This document shows, in pieces, positions 26,557 through 39,329 of a DNA stretch of 64,000 bases (positions are counted from its first letter, which is position 1; the number at the start of each line of letters is the position of its first letter). The position numbers and the translations under genes are program-made. The stretch is taken from assembly GCF_006345805.1 (NCBI RefSeq), contig NC_043010.1, forward strand, positions 44,764,001-44,828,000, given 5' to 3'. The stretch is from Octopus sinensis (lineage: Eukaryota). The notes beneath the pieces are model-generated. The model had not been told where the DNA came from and did not search any database. It was given only the letters and a program-made list of their open reading frames with translations.

Positions 26557-27309
26557 TAATGATAATAGTTAAAAAAATAAGCAAATAGATTTAAACAATA
26601 TTTTTTAAGAAATAAATAAAATAATAATCTTTTTTATAAAAAACTCTATTATCAAACTAGAAACTTTAACGATTAGAATTATGTCATACAATCCAATTAT
26701 AATGTTAAATATTAATTTTTAAGGTAAAAATAGATAGAAAATGTATTTATCTATTCAGATATAATATGGTTTTAAAAAACATAATAAACTCACGAATAAC
26801 CTAATCTCAGTTATAGTCAATAACTAATTACCTAATTATTTAACAAAAAAATAATGAAAAAAAAATCACTATTCATATTATTAAATTTAAGTTCAAATCT
26901 AAAAATTATAAAATATTTGAATAATAACTAAATTATTATCAATAAATATATATAAATATATATAAATATAATAATTAAGATCTAAAATTATCTCTATCAA
27001 TAAATATATATACGTATCATAAAAAACTAAATAAATTAATTATTCCATTATTACTTCCGAAATATATTAAAAAATTAAAAAATTAAAGATGAAAAAGCAA
27101 ATTGTAAACGTATAACCTATCTTTAAAAAAACCCATAACTATTTAACGATCAATATATCTCGTTGGCTAATTAATAACTTACAAAAACCGTATAGTTTAT
27201 TTTAAATTCGGCGGTACTGACGTTGAATATAATCTGTCTGATGGAGAGATATGTTTAATTCTTCCAGTGCTTTCGAATTTAATATTTTTAATATTTGATA
27301 TTGTGAAGT

Positions 27310-27392
27310 CCCATGCTGATGAAAAAAATGTTCGGGTAAAGTATAAATTACACATTCTTTATACCGATCTAATTCCGAAACGCGTACATGGG
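27310..27392 (+). ncRNA. Type I HHR motif with decayed proximal helix II
   Basis: CCCAUG-CUGAUGA-..AAUUCC-GAAAC-GC-GUA^-CAUGGG. Helix I is a perfect 6 bp. The downstream 27392-27570 is homologous to 45375-45535 (inverted). Confidence 0.72.
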
Positions 27393-27562
27393 TAATCTAA
27401 TATCGATTGATTTTTCGTTATTTTCCTCTCTGCCTTCGTGGGTTGTTTTCGAGTAATTTGTTTTTTCCGGGAGTCTCTTTTTAAAGTAGAGGAAATAGCT
27501 AAGGTTCTTTGGCTGCTATTTCTAAACTTCGGTATGTGGTAAAGCAAACCTTTGCTGAACCC

Positions 27563-27714
<152 letters not shown>

Positions 27715-27905
27715 GGCGCAATGGCCTAGTGGTTAGGGCAGCGGACTTGCGGTCGGAGGATCGCGGTTTCGATTCCCAGACCGGGCGTTGTGTGTGTTTA
27801 TTGAGCGAAAAAAACACCTAAAAGCTCCAGGAGGTGGTGATCCCTGCTGTACTCTAAAGGCGGTGCTCCAGCATGGCCGCAGTCAAATGACTGAAACAAG
27901 TACAA
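27715..27905 (+). mobile_element. tRNA-derived SINE head plus LINE-like SINE tail fragment
   Basis: GGCGCAATGGCCTAGTGGTTAG..GTTTCGATTCCC; tail GGCGGTGCTCCAGCATGGCCGCAGTCAAATGACTGAAACAAG. Confidence 0.85.
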
Positions 27906-27917
27906 AAAAAAAATAAT

Positions 27918-27961
<44 letters not shown>

Positions 27962-29224
27962 CTTAAACATCTGATATATATGTATATCGTATGCATTTAC
28001 TGCTTTGCTTGTTGCTATCTGTTTGGTGATTGATATGCCTAGATTTAGATTCCCACTATACGAAACATTAAGCCGTGTTTCTTTCTGCACGTTTATGTAC
28101 TAACTTATCATCACTCGACTGGTGATCCAACAATTATTATTCCGTTTGCTTTTCTAGTTTCCAGCTCTCAGTTATTACAAACATTCATCCAATTTTAGAA
28201 CCGCAGGGCGTGAAATTTGAGTAAGATTTGGTTGCTTTTCCCTAGCAGTTCAAGTAACTATTCAGAGTCTTTGTAGCAAGTTTCGTCGTTTCGTAGATTT
28301 GTAAACCGTTACATGCAAGTTCTATCCTTATTGTTGGTATGCGACTACCGTAATCTGTTTCCTGTTTATAGTTGGTGGGGCGCGTGGTAAATCTGATCTA
28401 CAACTAAACAAGGATATATTTCTGTGTCAAATACATCCAATATTCAATCTTGATCCGGTGTTTTAATAAAATTAAAGTTCTCATCTCAAAAATCAGAATG
28501 AAAGACACTAGGAAAACTAATTTCCAATTATAAACGAGAGAAATATGTGACTCCGAAAATTCTAAACCGATAACTTGTCATTCAACTTCTACAGCATTTT
28601 AAAGCTCAAAAGTTATAAGTTTAAATTGATATTATGAGGATTAGAGATCGAGAAAACCAAATTTCAATTTATACTGGGGGAAATCTATGCAAGGGGAATG
28701 GGACGCATGGTTTACATTTGTCCTTAGTTATATCACAACTCGTATAACACCAACTGCACTTAGAATAGCAGCAACAATTGCAGCAAATAACAACAAACAC
28801 AAAATCAACTTTTTTGTGGCTACTAAATATGGTGAAACTATAAGTGTGCAGTGATGATATCTGCAGCGGTGGTACGTCAAGTGAAGCAGACGTAACAGCA
28901 GACGTGGTACCGTAAGAATACCCACAACAGCAGCATCAAAAGTGTCAATAGCAGCTATAAAAGTATAACAGCAGAGCATCGGAAGCTCGACTGCATAAAA
29001 AATGTCGGTATTTTATTATATTTTGTGGTGTACTGGAAAACAACTGAACAAAGCACATTTGAGGCTTAGAAAGATTGTATTCGGAGACGCATGAGTTATA
29101 GAAATAAGAGGGAGTTTAATACTACACTGAAAAAGGGAATTCACTCTATTTTGCAGATATTCAAGCTTCTGTTTAGTAATTGAGTTTAAACTTCCAGAAC
29201 TGGAAAACTGAATATCACGCAGAG

Positions 29225-29575
29225 GCATTCAAGCATCTAAGAAAAATGTCCCACAGAGCCAGCTTATTGTATGAATTGGCCATGTAGTTCCATTTCTTTC
29301 TATCTATTCTGTTGTTCTTTCGTTTCTCTTTGAATTTTCCTACTGTTTCAGTTACGTTTTGGGCTGCCGATACTCTGCCCAACATAATTTTTCAGACCCA
29401 GTATCATAGTAATAACAGTGTCTTCTGTATTTAGTAATTCTCTGCTACCTTCCTTTCTGGGTAAATATAGACAGTTGATATTACTTTTAGGGGAGGGTAC
29501 GTTGTGCATTGTGAGCAGCTTTCTGGTTCTTCTATTCAAGTTCTGCTGTTGGGCCTTTGTCGTATGGACATATAG
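29225..29575 (-). mobile_element. R4/Dong-like non-LTR retrotransposon fragment
   Basis: NRRTRKLLTMHNVPSPKSNINCLYLPRKEGSRELLNTED matches the R4-clade post-RT motif (DRKTRKLLTMH..HPK..DRLYLPRKEGGRGL). Confidence 0.75.
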
Positions 29576-29664
29576 TGCTAAAAATCACAGAATATCAGTA
29601 GCGGGCAAAAGAAAAAAAAAAAAAGAAAAAATGCTCAGCACCGGCTGTAGAACTGCCAGATTAT

Positions 29665-30079
29665 GTGGCGAGATGGCAGAAACGTTAGCACGCCGAGCGA
29701 AATGCGTAGCCGTGTTTCGTCTGCCGTTACGTTCTGAGTTCAAATTCCGCCGAGGTCGACTTTGCCTTTCATCCTTTCGGGGTCGATAAATTAAGTTCCA
29801 CTTACACACTGGGGTCGATATAATCGATTTAATCCGTTTGTCTGTCCTTGTTTGTCCCCTCTGTGTTTAGCCCCTTGTGGGCAGTAAAGAAATAGGTATT
29901 TCGTCTGCCGTTATGTTCTGAGTTCAAATTCCGCCGAGGTCGACTTTGCCTTTTATCCTTTCGGGGTCGATTAAATAAGTACCAGTTACACACTGGGGTC
30001 AATATAATCGACTTAATCCATTTGTCTGTCCTTGTTTGTCCCCTCTATGTTTAGCTTCTTGTGGGTAATAAAGAAATAA
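29665..30079 (+). mobile_element. SINE with tandem duplication of its 184-bp body
   Basis: Units at 29712-29895 and 29896-30079; core GGTCGACTTTGCCTTTCATCCTTTCGGGGTCGATAAA. An inverted partial relative lies at ~30255-30390. Confidence 0.85.
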
Positions 30080-30414
30080 GATTATGCGATTTCAGCGTGT
30101 TTGCACTTTGCGATTCATCAGCAGCAGGTATCCATTATCACCGTAAACTAACCCAATTGCGTCCGAACTGATATATAACAAAACAATGACTAATCATGCT
30201 TACATGAAACACTCTTGTAAATATATCAAAGAAAACAAGAATTTAAATAATCGTTTCTACCATCGGCACAAGCCCTGAATTTTGGGGGAGGGGGATAGTC
30301 GATATAATCGACCCCAGTGATTCACTGGTTCTTAATTTATCGACTCCCTTAAGGATGAAAAGCATAGTTGACCTTGGCGAAATTTGAACTCACACACACA
30401 CACACACACACACA

Positions 30415-30639
30415 CAGATGAATCCCTCGACTATTGCGGGTGCTACGTTCCAAAAACCACCGCAATAGGTGAAAATCTGCCAAGTAGAAACAATACGATG
30501 CTGTATATTTATTATTATTTTTTTTTTAATCTGTATATATTTATTTTATTATAAATGTAAAACAGCACCACAAAGGAATCGACATAAACTTAAATAATAA
30601 GCCGCGATAGGCGAACCGCGATATGGCGAGGGATTACTG
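30415..30639. mobile_element. Tigger/pogo-like MITE
   Basis: CAGATGAATCCCTCG ... CGAGGGATTACTG|TA imperfect TIRs. Confidence 0.7.
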
Positions 30640-30885
30640 TAAGGATAACATCCAAAGATCCAAGTGGAGGAAGTTAGTAAGCTTCATGCAGTCTATGACA
30701 GGTATAAAAAAACAACAACAGAAAGAGGACAGTGTATGTTCAGGAACAATAACAATTTATTGGCATCGAAGGTTACACACATTTTCCTATGTCGAAGTTA
30801 CGACGAAACTCGATAGGCTGAAGGCTTCTGTATATTTCAGGGTTAGCAACTAGAGTAGCTATGAATACGAATAAAAATCCAGACC

Positions 30886-31469
30886 GAGGGAGTGGAAAAG
30901 GTGAAATCCAGGCTACATATGTTTCCTAGTATTATTAAATCCTCTGATTTAATAATTACTCATTAACGGGTATTCAACTAGCTACTCATCGAGCCGTGAA
31001 TATCTTAATTATATGAAGGTTGCGTTGTCGTTCTTGCCTGGGTGCACCAATATATTCGTTTACTGTAGACATGGTTAAGTCGCTCCAGCTTAATATTTAT
31101 AATAATCTTTATTTTTCTCTTAAAGTCAGCAGCCATCTAAACTCTTTCTTTCCCCTCTCTTTTCTTGATCCTCAACAATCTTAATATGATTCCCACTCCC
31201 AAATATTTGACCTCTTCCTTTCCTTTTTCTTACTTATTGACCATTTATTTCTTCAAGCAGTTGTCTTTTTGTACTATTTTCCGGCTTCGCCACTCATTTC
31301 AAATTACATCTACGGCGTGTTAACTTGGGATTCCTAAACGACAATGTAAGTTTCATATAATTAAGGTATCCTTGTCTAGTTGAGTACCCCTCGTTGAGTA
31401 ATTATTACATCAGAGGATCTGCTAGCTAGGAAACATATGTAACCTGAATTTTACCTATTCCAGTCCCTC
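30886..31469. repeat. Diverged ~95-bp inverted repeat (30886-30981 / 31376-31469) carrying HHR-like 3' halves
   Basis: Both arms contain CTAGGAAACATATGTA; the left arm continues (minus) into GGC-UCGAUGA..GAAAC-AUAU-GUA^-GCC (30911-30995). Confidence 0.7.
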
Positions 31470-31501
31470 AATTTGTTTATATATATGAGTGTGTGTGTGT
31501 G

Positions 31502-31544
<43 letters not shown>

Positions 31545-31758
31545 TGTGTGTGTGTGTATGCCTATAACCATGTTGTGATTATCATCGATCCCAGAAGAAT
31601 GGCTGCTAAACATGGCATGTTCTTCTTACTGTGATTTTTGCAACCTGTGGAATCAAACAAAAATGTAAAACAATAAAAGATGAGATAAATTATTGACTTG
31701 TAAATCAATGATAGAGCGATTAGCTTAAGCAATTTTTATATATGTAATTAATTTAGAT

Positions 31759-34666
31759 CAGTGTTTTTTTAAACCTTATTGGAAGTACTGAACCTTGCAA
31801 GCTTCATCAGGGCATTCACCGAACCCTTCGTAACTGGAAAAAGATAATATGATTTCTTCAAAACATAGGTATATATTTAATTAGTACGCAAAATTAACCC
31901 TGCATCAGTTGCACACAAAATCACTGTGTTCAAAGAACAAAACCCACATTACATGAATTTCACACAAAAACATAACTCGATGAATAAATGTGACTTTTGC
32001 TGTTACCTTTCAGATACTAGTTCAGAAATGCACAGCTTCACCTTGGCAAGTACCACTCTCATAATTTTCGCAACAAAGTCTGTTCTTTTTCTTAGTTTTT
32101 ACAGTGTGAGTATTACAAGGACTTTTTTTTTAGCAATAAGAGGGTATATTACGATTTGGTGACACCAAAACGTTGAGAGAGTTGTTGTTCTGAAGAGTTG
32201 CTGTTGAAGCTAGCTCTACTGAAGTTCAATGATTTCGTGGAGTTATTCATTGTTGACATCTGTTGTCGCAACACTAAGCGTGAACAGCTGTCTCACCCAT
32301 GCTGGATATGACTCACCGGAGAAGAAGTATCCGTCGAGAGACTTTGCGAGCTCATCTAAGTGCATGGCAATTACTTGCTTCAGCTTCCCAGGTACAGAAA
32401 TGTCTCCAATTTCAGACATATCGTCCAGCGGGGGAAGTTTGAGAAGTTATCATTTAAACACTCTCTTACTCTTTACTCTTTTACTCTTTTACTTGTTTCA
32501 GTCATTTGACTGTGGCCATGCTGGAGCACCACCTTTTAGTCGAGCAAATCGACCCCAGGACTTATTCTTTGTAAGCCTAGTACTTATTCTATCGGTCTCT
32601 TTTGCCGAACCGCTAAGTTACGGGGACGTAAACACACCAGCATCGGTTGTCAAGCGATGTTGGGGGACAAACACAGACACACAAACATATACACAGACAC
32701 ACAAACATATACACATACACATACATATATATATACATATATACGACGGGCTTCTTTCAGTTTCCGTCTACCAAATCCACTCACAAGGCTTTGGTCGGCC
32801 CGAGGCTATAGTAGAAGACACTTGCCCAAGGTGCCACGCAGTGGGACTGAACCCGGAACCATGTGGTTGGTAAGCAAGCTACTTACCACACAGCCACTCC
32901 TACGCCTAGTTTTCTTTTTTTTTAAATGCCCTCAAGTTTTCTTCCGCTTCAATGATGTTCACTTCACCGCCTTGCTTCTGTTGACTGATATGACCGAGAG
33001 AATCGAAAATAACGGCCATGTACACCAAAATGAGAATGAATTCAGAATTTTCGACAATGCTGATACTCTCGCAAAAACAGAGCTAATTCCACACGCATGG
33101 CAAAACTCGATTCAGTACCTTTCCCCGGATTAACCACCGAACGTTAAAGGGGTACAGAAGCATCTCGAATTCAGAGCCCATTTCATTATACAGCTCTTTG
33201 AAGATGCGGTGCTTCATAAGACTATTTCGCACGTAGTTCACACATTCAACTACAATTTTTAATACTTCTGCCAGTTTTGGAGGCAAGTTTTTTTTGTTAC
33301 CAACGCATGCCTGTGCAGAACACTGAGTAACAAGGATGTGTGGAGCATTGGATTTCACCAGCGCTCCAAAACCAGAGTGTGGTCCCAGCATGGCTGGAAC
33401 TCCACCCAAACAAACTTCAGAAACTATATTCTACGAAAGCCTGTTGTCTCTGAAAAAGACATCTACGTGTTTCTTTACATCGGCTGCATTGGTTGTTGTG
33501 AAAGGCTTAAAAATAAAAGTATCTTCCTTTATCACGCCGTCTTTCACATAGCGCACGAATACAAAAAGCTGACTGAGATTGGAAACATCGGCGGTCTCGT
33601 CGAGTTGGGGGCTGAATTTTGCTGGGCTTGAAATCAGATCTGTAACTACTTGAGTCAAGATGTCATCGCTCATGTCGTATATTCTGCTGCTGATTTGTCA
33701 TTTGAAAGAGGAATTTGGGCAAACTATCTTCAGCAGCTTTTCCCGCATGATATTCGGCATCTTCAACGCAGCTGGTTTTACGAGTGTTTCACCAACGGTG
33801 TGTAGTTTGCTCTGTGAGGATCGGTTTTTCGATGGGTACAAAGCCGAAAACAAGCAGAGAGCCTTTTCATCGAATCTGGCTCTCTACACCTTGAATTCAG
33901 CGAGCGTTGTGTTCTTGTATTTCCCATCTGCATGGTGTTTTAGGAAGTGTTCCCCTAGTTTTGTAGGTGCTAGGCTAGAATGGCTCAGCTTGGCATTGCA
34001 AATTATGCATTGAGGACGCTGACTCACATCAAGTTCCTTTATACATATTGTAAGTATTCGTCCAATCACTTCCCTTTTTTTCGATCGACGTAGTTAGTAC
34101 GAAGGGTTTGAAAGATTAAAAGAAAATCACAAATGACGTCCAATCACAATAGCCACAAGTCGACTACTGAGCACATCAAGTTCCTTGCAGCACAGATATC
34201 AAAGCCAAGAGATGAGGCGCGATCAACTGCAATGATGGCCAAGCGGAGCATGATGTCACGAATAATACGAGTGGGGTGAACAGAACAGACACAAACACGT
34301 AAACCTGGGCCGATTTTTTGCTTTTTTCAAAACACTTTTAAGATTTTTTTTATTTATCTATAAATTAATATTTTAAAATTAAATTTTATATTGTTATCAT
34401 AATTTATCTTTTAATAAACTACTTTATCAAGGAAATCTATTTTGTGTTACAATTTTTTACTAAGCAACGAAATATTTGTAATCTAACACGGAGAAGAAAG
34501 ATTGTGTTGCCAAATTGTCGGCAGCCGATTTTTTGACGTCCGAAAACAATAGACCACCAATGCTAATTTGAACAGGACTATACAGTGTGTCTTGACCTCC
34601 GCCGAACCTCTGAGACTGACTCAACGAACCCATAGGGTTCGGTCGATCTCAGGTTAAGAAGCATTC
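31759..34666 (-). mobile_element. hAT-Charlie/Buster (ZBED8-like) transposon, near full length, decayed
   Basis: Transposase remnants RPQCIICNAKLSHSSLAPTKL.EH, FSPQLDETADVSNLSQL.VFVRY and VRWLIRGKVLNRV. CAGTG-type ends; flanking 8-mers ATTTAGAT / ATCCAGAT (6/8, close to NTCTAGAN). Confidence 0.88.
32461..32905 (-). mobile_element. tRNA-derived SINE (same family as 8617) inserted in the hAT
   Basis: Full-length match to 8617-9047. Confidence 0.92.
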
Positions 34667-34984
34667 ATCCAGATTGTATTTATTTTTGTGTTTTTAGTTT
34701 ATAATTAGTTAGGACCAATTGAAAACAATTTCAGTTTGTAATCAGGACCAATTGTTATACGTAACTCATAATTAATTTGACAATAGTAAATGGACTATTT
34801 TTTCTGTGTTTATTTGACTTTCATCAGTTAGGGCCAATAAAAGAATTACCAGACATATTCGATCAACGGATTAAACCTTTCATCTTAAAAAATGTCATTT
34901 TATTTTTTATTTGTTCAGGTGGATAATGCTAATAATTCAATTACATTAAAACTATCAGTATTGTCCACACTTGGATAGTTTTTA

Positions 34985-35028
<44 letters not shown>

Positions 35029-35234
35029 GAGGAGGAAAAGAAGACGGCAATGACGACGAATCATCATCATCATCATCATCATCGCTTCTGTAGTTGATTG
35101 ATAATTTATTTAACGATCCTGGAAGGAGGAAAGGCAAAGTGAAGCTCAGAACTATTTGAATCATCTCGTAAAAGAATCAGAACAATAACCACTCCGCGAA
35201 ATGTTATTTATTACCCGAAAGAAAATTGATTTTA

Positions 35235-35667
35235 TCTTTTCTCTTTTACTTGTTTCAAACATTAGACTACGGCCATGCAGGGACACGGCCTTGAAGAATT
35301 TTAGTGGAACGAATCGATCCCAGCACTTACTTTTTTAAAGCTTGGTACTTATTATATCGACCTCTTTGACCGAACCGCTTAGTTATGAGGCGTAAACACA
35401 CCAATACCGGTTGTCAAGCGGTGGTGTGGTGGTAGAGGGGTAGAGCAAATATTGACACAAAGACACATACAGACACACACACACACGCACACACACACAC
35501 ACACACACACACTCACATACACACAAAGAGCCTCTTTCAGTTTCCACCTACCAAATCCACTCACAAGATTTGGTCGGCCTCAAAGTGCCACGCAGCGGGA
35601 CTGAACCCGGTACCATGTGATTGGGAAGCAAGCTTCTTACCTTCTTACCACACAGACACGCCTGTAC
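35235..35667 (-). mobile_element. Older copy of the same SINE family
   Basis: Diverged head, CORE-like segment and tail. Confidence 0.85.
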
Positions 35668-37199
35668 TATGTGTAAATTGTCTTAACCTAAGAACCTTTC
35701 CAAAAGAACCTTTTTGAACAAAAATGTAGGTAAAAACTGAATTTCTGCCTTTTTTAGGGATGTGTTGATAGTTCAGTAGCGGGATCTCGTATAACATTTT
35801 AGCGTGGTGCAAGCGATTCCTAACAACTCTAATATCAGCACCATACAGATAGGGGTTGAAGTTCTTGCAGGAATTGGGATAGTTTTTCTTTGGTTGACAC
35901 TTTCAAGTTTCTTCAATTTGAGTTCCAATTTATTTTTATATGTGGTGTATTGGTGTGGTTTTGCATAGTAATCATTGGCATGAAATTCATTTTTGCTATA
36001 AATCAACAAAGAGTTAATAACTTCTAAAATTTGCAAATTTTGGGTAATTTTATCCAAGTGAAAGCTACAGGCGTATAGGTGCCTGTTTCCGTAGTAACAA
36101 GACAAGCTGTTACCAAACTGCTTTCCTATATCGTCATTTTTCGCTTATTAAATGCTAAAATACATGAGGTGGTCGTGAGATGTACAAAAAATATTTAAAT
36201 GGCCCTTCAATTACACACTAATTTTTGTTCTTGTTTTCGCATAATCGTATAAATTTCTGTGGGGAATACAAATTTACAAAATTTTTCTGAAAACTAATAT
36301 ATATATATATATATATATATATCCCCCTCTCCCTCTATCCTCCCTCCTCTTCTCCCCTCCTCTTCTCCTCTCCTTCCTTCTCCCCCTTCTCTCCCCTCCT
36401 CTTCTCTTCTCCTTCCTTCTCCTCTTCTCCTCTCCTTCCTTCTCCCCCATTCCCCCTCCTCTTCTCCCCTTTCCTTCTCCCCTTTCCCTTTACTAAACTT
36501 TAAAATTTCCAAAGATGCAGGCAAACGGAAAAGGTGCAAGAGTTGGTTTAACATTCAACAGATAATTGAATCGAAGTACTCATTAATAAATAATAAAGCT
36601 CAAGAAATTTATGTTGTTCATAAAAATAATGGTGATGATGGCAGTAAGTATGGTGTTTATGATGGTGATACTGATGATGGTTATGATGCAGGAAATTTGT
36701 ATATATATAAAAGGTAAGACGTGTGTGTACGTGAATGTAATTTATGCACATCCACAAATTAGCACGCATGTTGCTCCAATTTTAGGACATTCGTCACGGC
36801 CCTAGCTGTATTTTTGTTAAATTATTTCCTCCCCCGAGGCACCAGCGAATAGCGGTAAAAATAAATTTTCGACCATAACTTAACAATTTTCACGGCGGAG
36901 AAATCCACCATTGTTTTACAAACATGAGTTAAGTCCCCTTCTAGCGACGGTGTAAAGAGAGGGATGGAGAGGGAGAGAGATAGATTTTTAAAATTTCGTC
37001 TTTTTACTGAGTGGTTGACAGGCAAAATCAGACAGACAGGTGTTGTTATGTATGTATGTATGTATGTATGTATGTATGTATGTATGTATGTGTGAATGGC
37101 TTCACTCTCTCTCACACACACACGAGAATGTATGCGTACAAAACACATGTATGCGTACAAAACACATGTATGCAATGTGTGCGTGTGTGTGTTGCCCGT

Positions 37200-37330
37200 A
37201 TATATATACATATATACACAATATAAATGACATTCTCTGTTTCTCCACAGCTAATTTCCAAATTAGGGGAATCCGTTGCTCTACTCATAGCGATATATAG
37301 CTGGTCGTGCATGAACATGGGAGAGAGCAG
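37200..37330 (-). pseudogene. Helitron helicase C-terminal remnant
   Basis: MHDQLYIAMSRATDSPNLEI..TENVIY resembles HGQLYVALSR..T.NIVY. Confidence 0.7.
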
Positions 37331-37599
37331 AGGTTACCAGAGCAAAAGACCTACGTGTTGACTGTAGACACGCTCCTTCGCAAACGATCAGCTATTATTT
37401 TGTAAACAATGTTTCGAAACTGTTTTCGAAAGGAGAGATCTGACTCTCACATCTCTGTGGGAGAAGGTAGCCCCCCTCTATTCTACTTACAAAACTTACG
37501 TCTGGGTGTTTACAAATTTGCATTTTGTAAACAATGTTTCGAAACTGTCAATGTTTTCGAAAGGAGAGATCTGACTCTTTTCAACCATAACGTCTACCA

Positions 37600-37901
37600 A
37601 TTTTGATGTATTTTGTTCAAACTTGATGCCAGCATTACTTAGGACTCATGGGATCTTTGAATGCTTTAAGTTCTCCAAAAACGAAAAATAAAACAATTGG
37701 TGAGTGGAAAAAATTGATAAATCGATTCCTTACGGGATTTCCCAATCAAATTGTCTGCAAAATTTCAGCCAAAAGTTTACCAACTTCAGCGGATTTCACT
37801 CAAATTTGACGTCGATGTTACTTAGTTTGCTTTGAAATAAAGAGCTTGATTACCTTAATAATCCTAACTTAATCCCGGGCAAAGCCGGGCTATACTGCTA
37901 G
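37600..37901 (+). mobile_element. Helitron 3' end (same family as 3216)
   Basis: Reverse-complement homologue of 3216-3500; CCCGGGCAAAGCCGGG hairpin then CTAG|T. Confidence 0.88.
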
Positions 37902-38286
37902 TTATAACTATAACAACAACAATGAAAATATTAATGTGCTGGTGTATCTGAGACCATACTGTACAGTATAAAAAGGCAACATAGTGTTTTCGTTCCCGTT
38001 TTCATTCTCTCCATTTTCAAACTCTCAGTTTTCTGATTCTCTCAATCTTTACTTTTACCCTTTCTCTTGTCTTAGCTTAGCTTCCCCTGATTTATTCAGA
38101 TAAAATACTTCACTCTCCTCTTTCGCCTTTCCAACCACTCCAACAAACGGCGTCACTCTGCTGTCTTTCTGTGCTAATGAAAATATTTTGCCACCATGGG
38201 AAATATAACTTAATTTTCGTTGTTGTTTGCCCAAGGCATAATTAAGGTGGGGAGCAGGAAGAATTGTAAGCATGTGTTTATGTATG

Positions 38287-38320
<34 letters not shown>

Positions 38321-38799
38321 TGTATGTATGTATGTATGTATGTATGTATGTATGTATGTATGTATGTATGCAAGTATGTATGCACGTATATATGTAGGTA
38401 GGTACGTATGTACGCGCATGCATGCTTGGAGACATACATGTATACATATACTCCCTCCCCACACACACACATTCTCACAACATAACACAATCTCACATCA
38501 CACACACTCTCACAACACACACACGCATATATACACGTCTGATTGAGAGAACAACCGTTAGACTCTGCCAAATAAATATTATTATAAAGAACAGTATAAT
38601 GAAGACCTTATCTCTTGTTCGTATAACCGTTATATGGTACACGATGGTAGAAAGGTATTTGTTTTACATATTCAGCACTTTTAACGAACTATGCATGCAC
38701 GGAAGGAGGTGGGGGCGGATTTACTGTTCTAAGGGAGGTAAGTAAAGTTTTAAAAAATTTCTTTATCAGGGGAGATAAGTAAAATGAAATGTCTACCTG

Positions 38800-38980
38800 T
38801 CCATAAGGTTTATATTAGAGAACCTTAGACTTTCGACGAGATATCCACATCAGCAAGGCAGCTGACTTCGATGTCGCTACATACTTTTTCTTGTCTGTCC
38901 CAAACTACTAGACCTGGTCTGTTATGCTGGAACAAGGTGGAAGTTTTGATGGGAATATTCTTTGTGTTGAGATCTTCTTT
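38800..38980 (-). mobile_element. R4-like restriction-like endonuclease fragment
   Basis: IKTSTLFQHNRPGLVVWDRQEKVCSDIEVSCLADVDI resembles HNRPDIVV.DK..K.C..IDV. Confidence 0.6.
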
Positions 38981-38987
38981 ATCTCCG

Positions 38988-39042
<55 letters not shown>

Positions 39043-39329
39043 AGATAGATAGATAGATAGATAGTAGTGTTAGAAGTGTTACCAATGGTTTCATGAGGAA
39101 AGGATTTCTACAATCTTCCAGTGATCCACATCAAAATGCTGGAAATTGCTATTACGAAATTACCGCTTGTTTTGAAAAAAAAAACAAAAAAATGAATACA
39201 CAAATCAGGGGAGATAACATATAAAGCTATCTTAATTGTTATTTCCCTTGCATTTTCATTGGTTTGGATTTTTGCAAGACTTTAATTAATTGCCTTACAC
39301 AAGTAACTTGGGGCATATTCATTTATACA

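Noticed and set aside
35773-36105. 110-aa ORF with hydrophobic C-terminus as terminal exon of the minus-strand CBM14 gene
   Set aside because: The only open frame needs a phase-2 acceptor while the CBM14 exon ends in phase 1; no recognisable domain; an intermediate exon cannot be excluded.
38055-38260. Non-repetitive ORF tail (..SHGGKIFSLAQKDSRVTPFVGVVGK..) as an exon
   Set aside because: No convincing acceptor or homology recognisable by eye.
38990-39062. (TCTA)n/(TAGA)n head-to-head palindrome (also ~43590-43802)
   Set aside because: A common microsatellite strand flip or assembly effect; no independent evidence of function.
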